Origin: Patescibacteria group bacterium
GTDB taxonomy: Bacteria > Patescibacteriota > Gracilibacteria > UBA1369 > UBA12470
Reading direction: 5' to 3'
Length of the DNA stretch: 64,000 nucleotides
Assembly: GCA_018816885.1 (NCBI GenBank)
Contig: JAHIUS010000021.1
Coordinates: 39,092-103,091 of the forward strand
Shown: one piece after another, positions 58,203 through 64,000 of the stretch
How the letters are laid out: the number at the start of each line of letters is the position of its first letter
Position numbering within the stretch: the first letter of the stretch is position 1
Notes under the pieces: model-generated
Databases searched by the model: none
What the model was told of the DNA's origin: nothing
What the model saw: only the letters and a program-made list of their open reading frames with translations
Translations under genes and position numbers: made by a program

Positions 58203-60833
58203 TTATGTGTTAGGGATTTTTGCTACCAAGTGACCTCTATAGCGATCAGGGACAATTAATTCCGTGTGATTAAGCACATAGTCTATGGCTGCCTCATATT
58301 TGTTTAGAAGAGTGTCTTGGCTGCCGCTTTGCAGGCTGAATGTGTAGTAGTCGAATATGATGTAGCCGTATCCGAGAGCTTTTAATCTTTCCGTAAGAAG
58401 ATCGGGGTCTCTTTCTACATAAAGACAGTTTAGGTCGTCGATGTATTGGTCGTTGTAAGTTCTACTGAAGTTGTCCGGGATATAGTAGTTGAGGGTTGTT
58501 CCTATTTTCCAGATAAAGTCGTACTGTCCGTCTTGATCTTCTCTGAAGATTTCTTCAACAAGGTGTGCGTACGGGAATATTGCGAGTTCGGCTTGATCCG
58601 CTGTGATTGTATCTGTTGCGTAAAGCAGAAGCGGTGATTTGCCGGCCATGCTTAATCTGAAGACGAGTGCGCCTATTATGAACAGGATAATTACCGTGTT
58701 TGTCAGGTATTTCGAGAATTTATCTTTGTTAAGTTCATAGTTGTCCATGAGTCCTGCGATTGCTATGGTTAGCGCTATGAATCCCGGTAGCCCGTACCAT
58801 ATGATTCCGTTGCTTGTTATTGTCCAAAATATCCAATAAGGTACTCCGAATACCAGAAGGATTTGCCATTTCCGGCTTGGTTTTTTAAAAGGGATGAAGA
58901 GTAGGAAGGCCGGGATTAGAGCGAGAAACGCCCATTTGATGTCGATATACATTCCTTGTGTGCCTTGGTCGTTCATGGTTGTGTGCCATGGCAGGGTAAG
59001 GTATTTCTGGAAAAACGGGCTGTATCCGAGGTACCTGTCCAGTTCTTCCGTTGTTCCCGTGGCTTCGGTGCATAGCGTTCTGTCCAATCCGTACTCTTCT
59101 TCCATTAGTTGATAGTTCATTTCCGGTTGAGGGTGGTCGCCGAACAGCAAGCCTCTTGAACTTATCGAGTGACTTTCCGAGAAGTTTTTGATGAGCCACG
59201 GTGAGAATGCCAGTACTGCGAGCAGAGCGAATGTCGTTGTGTATTTGAGGCCGTTAATACTTTTACTTTTAAAGATTTCCAATGCGATGATTCCGATAGA
59301 AAATATCAGCAATCCCGTCCCTGCAATTTTGAATGCCGGGTTGGTCGGGTCTATATCTGTTCCCATATTTATGTTTCCCGAAAGCACGAGCAGTCCCGTT
59401 CCGAAAAACAGGCCCGATAACGCACCTTTCCATTTATAGGCTGCGAATAGGAGCATTGTGATGCCCGTGAGTATTAGCATCAGGCTTGTGAGTTTTATAC
59501 CGAATGCGAATCCGGCCATAAGTCCGGCTACTGTTATATAAGACATTTTCTCTCTTTTGCTTTCTGATTTTATCCCGAGATAAAGGCTTAAAAAGGCTAT
59601 GATCGAGATAGCGAAATTCCCAAGATCGATCTTGTTGTCTTCTACTCCGTGAAACAGGAATAGAGGGGTTAGATAAAGTGTCGCTGTACCGAATAGTGCG
59701 CTTTTTGCGGATGCGAATTTTTTTATCACAAAATATAAGGCGAAAAGACATATTGTTGCGGGGAAGAATGATGCCAGGAACAGGGTTGCGGTTGTCCAGT
59801 TGAACATGGTGAAGCCGAGGCTCATGAAGAGCTCCCAGTAGTAGTTGCCGCCCATTCTTATGAGTCCTCCTTCTTCAAAAATTCTTTTGGCTATGTTGAC
59901 ATACTGGTTAAGTCCGTCCCATCCTCTCGGGGCGGGGGAGATGTTGTCTATGAAGTTCATGCTCAAAAAAAGACCTATCGCCAAGATCATAAGTAAGTTG
60001 ATGTTGAGCATTTTTGTTTTGTACTCATATTTGAATGAGAACAGGGATTTTAAGATTTTTATTAAAGATTTGTGGCTGATTGCCAGCAGTATTATGAAAA
60101 GCCCCCATGTTCCGTATATGTTCAGTAAGTTTATCGTGCCAAGAAGGAAAGAAAATAGGGCTATGGCGAAGAGTCCGAGTCCCAGTGAAACCAATATGTT
60201 ATCCGAGGATAGGGGTGGATTTTTTTTGTTCTGCAGTTTTTTTAATGCTGAAAATCCGAAAGAGATTGCAGTTAATGTGATTAATCCCATGATTAGCATC
60301 ATTGCCGCTATTTTCGTGATTAACCCATATTCCGTATTGAATGTTTTTGGCAGGATGAATAACGGTTTTAATTCTTCCGGCATCCAGTCTGAAAAGGCTT
60401 CATGTATGTCTTTTAATGTAGAGTTATTCCCGGCTATCAGTTGTGTGTTTGCTGTGAATTCCGATGGGTCCGAGAGTTGTTTGAGATCTGCTATTCCTGT
60501 TGAGGCGTCATATTCGTATACCAAGTCGTCGCCCGTGTAGAACGAGGGATCTCTTATTATCAGGGCGCAATTTCCTGTTATCAGTGTTAATAAAAATATT
60601 GCGGCCAGGATTTTTTTGAATGTGAGGGTTATTTTTATCTCTGATTTGCCTTTTTCAAACCATATATATAGGCAGTAGCACGCGTAAAATAACGGGATAA
60701 GGAGTACATATAAAAGCCAGCCCGACGCTTCGGGGAGGCTGCCCGCGTAATAGGCGTGATTTTTGTAGAAAAAATATATGACAATTGAGATCCACGATAC
60801 GGCAAGGAGATTTTTTGTGATTTTTGCGTGCAT
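58203..60833 (-). CDS. Large polytopic GT-C (ArnT/PMT-like) glycosyltransferase, tandem paralog
   Basis: Colinear with the neighbouring gene; PRGWDGLNQY, DNKIDL, AGFAFGIK. Confidence 0.7.
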   Translation of the reverse strand: MHAKITKNLLAVSWISIVIYFFYKNHAYYAGSLPEASGWLLYVLLIPLFYACYCLYIWFEKGKSEIKITLTFKKILAAIFLLTLITGNCALIIRDPSFYTGDDLVYEYDASTGIADLKQLSDPSEFTANTQLIAGNNSTLKDIHEAFSDWMPEELKPLFILPKTFNTEYGLITKIAAMMLIMGLITLTAISFGFSALKKLQNKKNPPLSSDNILVSLGLGLFAIALFSFLLGTINLLNIYGTWGLFIILLAISHKSLIKILKSLFSFKYEYKTKMLNINLLMILAIGLFLSMNFIDNISPAPRGWDGLNQYVNIAKRIFEEGGLIRMGGNYYWELFMSLGFTMFNWTTATLFLASFFPATICLFALYFVIKKFASAKSALFGTATLYLTPLFLFHGVEDNKIDLGNFAISIIAFLSLYLGIKSESKREKMSYITVAGLMAGFAFGIKLTSLMLILTGITMLLFAAYKWKGALSGLFFGTGLLVLSGNINMGTDIDPTNPAFKIAGTGLLIFSIGIIALEIFKSKSINGLKYTTTFALLAVLAFSPWLIKNFSESHSISSRGLLFGDHPQPEMNYQLMEEEYGLDRTLCTEATGTTEELDRYLGYSPFFQKYLTLPWHTTMNDQGTQGMYIDIKWAFLALIPAFLLFIPFKKPSRKWQILLVFGVPYWIFWTITSNGIIWYGLPGFIALTIAIAGLMDNYELNKDKFSKYLTNTVIILFIIGALVFRLSMAGKSPLLLYATDTITADQAELAIFPYAHLVEEIFREDQDGQYDFIWKIGTTLNYYIPDNFSRTYNDQYIDDLNCLYVERDPDLLTERLKALGYGYIIFDYYTFSLQSGSQDTLLNKYEAAIDYVLNHTELIVPDRYRGHLVAKIPNT

Positions 60834-61065
60834 GATTAGGGTTTTATGTGTTTTGTTTCAGGTTGAACTATATTTGTTTTTGTCCCGATTGACAATTGTA
60901 ATTTCCTGAGTTAAATTTCTGTTGTAATTATTTGTATTTAAGTCTTCTCGGATTGTAGATAAGAATAAGTGGCAGAGTGAATTTCAATTCATTTTTAAAT
61001 AAAAAGAACTAGGTTTAAAATTGATCTCCATATCTGGATCCGGAAGGTGCTAACCTGAAATTATC

Positions 61066-62595
61066 ATGAATACCAGTTTGATTGTCCTGCTTATTTTTGC
61101 GGGTCTGGCTCTCGGAGGAGGGGTAGGTTTTTTCATAAGAAATAACCAAAAGAAAGAGGAGGAAAGGAAGGCGGAAGATGAAAAGAATCGTATTTTACAG
61201 GAGGCGAACTCTAAGGTTAAGGAGATGCTTTTTGAGGCTCGAAATGATGCACTCAAGGTACAGGAGGAGGCGAAAAAGGAGGAAAGAGAGAAAAGAATAA
61301 AGCTGCAGGCTATCGAGGAGAGGCTTGTTAAGAAGGAGGATGTTTTGGATCAGAAGATGGATGCTTCGGAGAAACTTAAGGAAGATTTGGAGAATAAAGT
61401 TTCTTCCGTAAAACAACTTAAGCTGGAGGTTCAGGCTATTTGCGAGCAACAGAAGGGTCAGCTTGAGAAGGTTGCTAATTTGTCCAAGGATGAGGCCAGG
61501 GAGCTTTTACTCAAAAAAGTTGAGGAGGAGTATAAGGATGAAATTGTTGAGCATATTAAGAAATTGGAGATTTCTATGAGAGAGGAAGCGGAAGTTAAGG
61601 CGAAGCATGCTATTGCGGATGCTATTCAGAAATATGCCGCCGAGACCGCCGTCGAGTCGACAGCTACTCTTGTTGCTCTTCCGAATGATGAGATGAAAGG
61701 TCGGATTATCGGTCGTGAGGGGCGGAATATTAACGCTTTTGAGCAAATTACAGGTGTGGATGTGATTGTTGACGATACTCCCGGGTCGATTGTTATTAGC
61801 GGTTTTGATCTTGTGAGGCGGTATGTTGCTAAGATTGCTCTTGAAAGGCTGATCGAGGATGGGCGAATTCATCCCGCTCGTATCGAAGAGATGGTTCAGA
61901 GGGTTAAAGGAGAGGTTAATGTTCTTATTAAGGAGCTTGGTGAAAGAGCTGCCGTTGAAACCGGAGTTATCGGTCTTCCCACTAATCTTGTTAAAATTCT
62001 TGGGCGGCTTAAGTTCAGGATCAGTTATGGACAAAATGTTCTTAAACATTCTATGGAGGTTGCTTTTCTTGCCGGTCATTTGGCCGTCGAGCTTGGTGCA
62101 GATGTTTCTATCTGTAAAAAGGCCGGATTACTGCATGATATCGGTAAAGCTGTGGATCACGAAATTCAAGGTAAACATGCCGCTATCGGGCGTGATATTC
62201 TTAAGAAATTCGGAGTTTCCGATGATGTTATTCATTGTGTTGAAGCGCATGAAGGAGATATTCCAGCCGATAGCATTGAGGCCAAAATCGTTCAGGCCGC
62301 TAACCTGATATCTATCGCTCGTCCCGGAGCTGATAAGGACAATCTTGATAACTTCTTGAATCGTCTTGAAGAGATCGAGAACTTATCCAATAGCTTCGAA
62401 GGAGTTAGGAAGTCTTACGCTATTCAAGCCGGGCGCGAAGTTCGCGTGTTCGTTGATCCTAAACAGGTTGATGATCTTCAGTCTATCAAACTTTCTCACG
62501 ATATTGCTCGCAAAATCGAACATGATCTCAAGTATCCCGGACAGATTAAGGTCGAGGTTGTGAGGGAAATGCGGGAGGAGGCGTTTGCAGAGTAG
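61066..62595 (+). CDS. rny: Ribonuclease Y
   Basis: N-terminal TM, coiled coil, KH domain MKGRIIGREGRNI, HD motif LLHDIGK, AIQAGREVRV. Confidence 0.97.
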   Translation: MNTSLIVLLIFAGLALGGGVGFFIRNNQKKEEERKAEDEKNRILQEANSKVKEMLFEARNDALKVQEEAKKEEREKRIKLQAIEERLVKKEDVLDQKMDASEKLKEDLENKVSSVKQLKLEVQAICEQQKGQLEKVANLSKDEARELLLKKVEEEYKDEIVEHIKKLEISMREEAEVKAKHAIADAIQKYAAETAVESTATLVALPNDEMKGRIIGREGRNINAFEQITGVDVIVDDTPGSIVISGFDLVRRYVAKIALERLIEDGRIHPARIEEMVQRVKGEVNVLIKELGERAAVETGVIGLPTNLVKILGRLKFRISYGQNVLKHSMEVAFLAGHLAVELGADVSICKKAGLLHDIGKAVDHEIQGKHAAIGRDILKKFGVSDDVIHCVEAHEGDIPADSIEAKIVQAANLISIARPGADKDNLDNFLNRLEEIENLSNSFEGVRKSYAIQAGREVRVFVDPKQVDDLQSIKLSHDIARKIEHDLKYPGQIKVEVVREMREEAFAE

Positions 62596-62598
62596 GTT

Positions 62599-62657
62599 TT
62601 AGATACAAGACATAAGATATAAGACTCAAGAAGATGGTGTTTTGCTGTGCAAAACAG
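62599..62657 (+). repeat. Composite heptamer-array/hairpin element
   Basis: TTAGATA CAAGACA TAAGATA TAAGACT CAAGAAG ATGGT GTTTTGC TGT GCAAAAC AG. Confidence 0.8.
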
Positions 62658-62681
62658 TTTATTGATATATGGTGCTAAGGT

Positions 62682-63311
62682 TTATCCTGCAGCTTCTTCG
62701 CTTGGGAATTGTGGTTCTAAAACCCATTCCATTATTTCTGGCTCTCCTTGTGAGTTGCAGTCAATATCCATTATTGTCCAAAATTTGGTATCTATGGCAT
62801 CTTGCAATACCCTCTTGCATTCTTCACTAGTAGTTTCTCTTAATTCTTCTAATCCCAATTCCTCTGATTCTTCGTTGAGTATGCCAAATAGTTCTAGATG
62901 GTCTATTGAACAAAGAGTTTCTCCTTGTACTTCGAAACAGTCACAGGTGCTAGCCGCAAGTAATTCTTCGTCGGCAGGTAGGTTTGTTGCTAATTCTCTT
63001 TCTGTAGGGCAGTCGACTCCTAAAAATTCATTGTAACAACGATCTATATCTTCTTGGCTTGCTATTCCTGGAGAGAGTGGGTATCCCATCCATTTTTTCC
63101 CTCCCCATGTGTATACTTCCATACCTTGCTCTTGGCAGTATGGTGACAGTGTGTTTGTAGTTTCTCTTAAGTGTGGATCTCCTCTTAATTCGGCTGATAG
63201 ATTATCAAATCCGTTTGTTAGGTTGTCACATCCTGCTAATCCTGCAGATGCTAATGCTGCTAAAGCAATTAAGACTGGTCTTGCGAATCTGTTAGGTGTT
63301 TCTGTTGACAT
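62682..63311 (-). CDS. Hypothetical Cys-rich lipoprotein
   Basis: Lipobox LAGC; several Cys; ATG at 63311 preferred. Confidence 0.65.
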   Translation of the reverse strand: MSTETPNRFARPVLIALAALASAGLAGCDNLTNGFDNLSAELRGDPHLRETTNTLSPYCQEQGMEVYTWGGKKWMGYPLSPGIASQEDIDRCYNEFLGVDCPTERELATNLPADEELLAASTCDCFEVQGETLCSIDHLELFGILNEESEELGLEELRETTSEECKRVLQDAIDTKFWTIMDIDCNSQGEPEIMEWVLEPQFPSEEAAG

Positions 63312-63421
63312 GTTTTGATTGGTTAAATGTTGAGCAAAGTTTGTCATTTGTCTGTTTTTGATGCAACTTTTTGAGCTTGCGTTAAAAAAAAACTTTTATT
63401 GTCGATTTTTCAAAAATCCTC

Positions 63422-63450
63422 TTGACGCTTGTGCTTCAGATCAATAGAAT
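63422..63450 (+). promoter_or_regulatory. Sigma70 promoter of groESL
   Basis: TTGACG-N17-TAGAAT. Confidence 0.8.
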
Positions 63451-63476
63451 TAGCACCGCTCTATTTGGAGTGCTAA
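63450..63476. promoter_or_regulatory. CIRCE operator (HrcA site)
   Basis: TTAGCACCG-N9-GAGTGCTAA versus the consensus TTAGCACTC-N9-GAGTGCTAA. Confidence 0.85.
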
Positions 63477-63493
63477 ATTTAACCTTTAAAACT

Positions 63494-63784
63494 ATGGCAA
63501 AGATTCAACCATTGGGCGACAGATTGGTCGTCAAGCGCCTGGAAAAAGAACAGGTGACCGCTTCGGGGATTGTTTTGCCCGACAGTGTGAAAGAAAAACC
63601 GGATGAGGGAGAGGTGATTGCAGTTGGTCCGGGGCGAATGAACGATAATGGCGAAAGAACTCCTCTTGAGGTTCAAGCAGGGGACAAGGTGCTTTTCACC
63701 AAGTACGGCCCATCGGAAGTAAAAGTTGATGGGGAAGAGCTTTTGATTCTTAACGAATCCGATGTTCTTGCAAAAATCTCATAA
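63494..63784 (+). CDS. groES: Co-chaperonin GroES
   Basis: [30 protein letters not shown]. Confidence 0.97.
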   Translation: MAKIQPLGDRLVVKRLEKEQVTASGIVLPDSVKEKPDEGEVIAVGPGRMNDNGERTPLEVQAGDKVLFTKYGPSEVKVDGEELLILNESDVLAKIS

Positions 63785-63819
63785 GTTCTTTGATTTTTGA
63801 TTTTATATCTTTAATTTAA

Positions 63820-64000
<181 letters not shown>

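Noticed and set aside
57196-59870. Repeat pair as a DGR template/variable repeat
   Set aside because: Only 3 differences, all synonymous and not uniformly from adenine; both copies are mid-gene; no reverse transcriptase in the window.
60880-61065. 6S RNA or other ncRNA upstream of rny
   Set aside because: AT-rich with no convincing long rod structure; only a promoter-like TTGACA is visible.

Overview
Bacterial chromosomal window, genetic code 11 (TGA is used as a stop in purF, folD and tmk). It is most consistent with a Patescibacteria/CPR genome, probably Peregrinibacteria-like. This is an inference from VirB2/TrbC-type pilins, A-rich ribosome-binding regions mostly without Shine-Dalgarno, class II RNR and many orphans. 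Housekeeping genes include maf, purD, purF, folD, tmk, dut, secE-nusG-rplK-rplA (split by insertions), rlmE, rsmG, rsmE, polX, typA, a DEAD-box helicase, pepA, trxB, cobO, nrdJ, rny and groES-groEL. Regulatory sites include an L1 leader, tandem NrdR boxes, CIRCE and several promoters. Most notable: (1) a recurrent composite intergenic element, a period-7 tandem array whose unit sequence differs between loci, followed by TGG(A/T)G and a GTTT..AAAC hairpin; the arrays also invade a CDS. (2) A tRNA-Gln locus where a GIY-YIG nuclease gene, frameshifted in a (TA)6 tract, lies between a palindrome-edited 5' tRNA copy and the intact tRNA; a serine-recombinase remnant reads antisense across the tRNA, and strand composition flips at about this point. 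(3) A 9-kb four-gene pilin/PKD surface locus with triple-pilin proteins and a pilin-PKD giant fusion. All calls are from reading the sequence; no searches were run.
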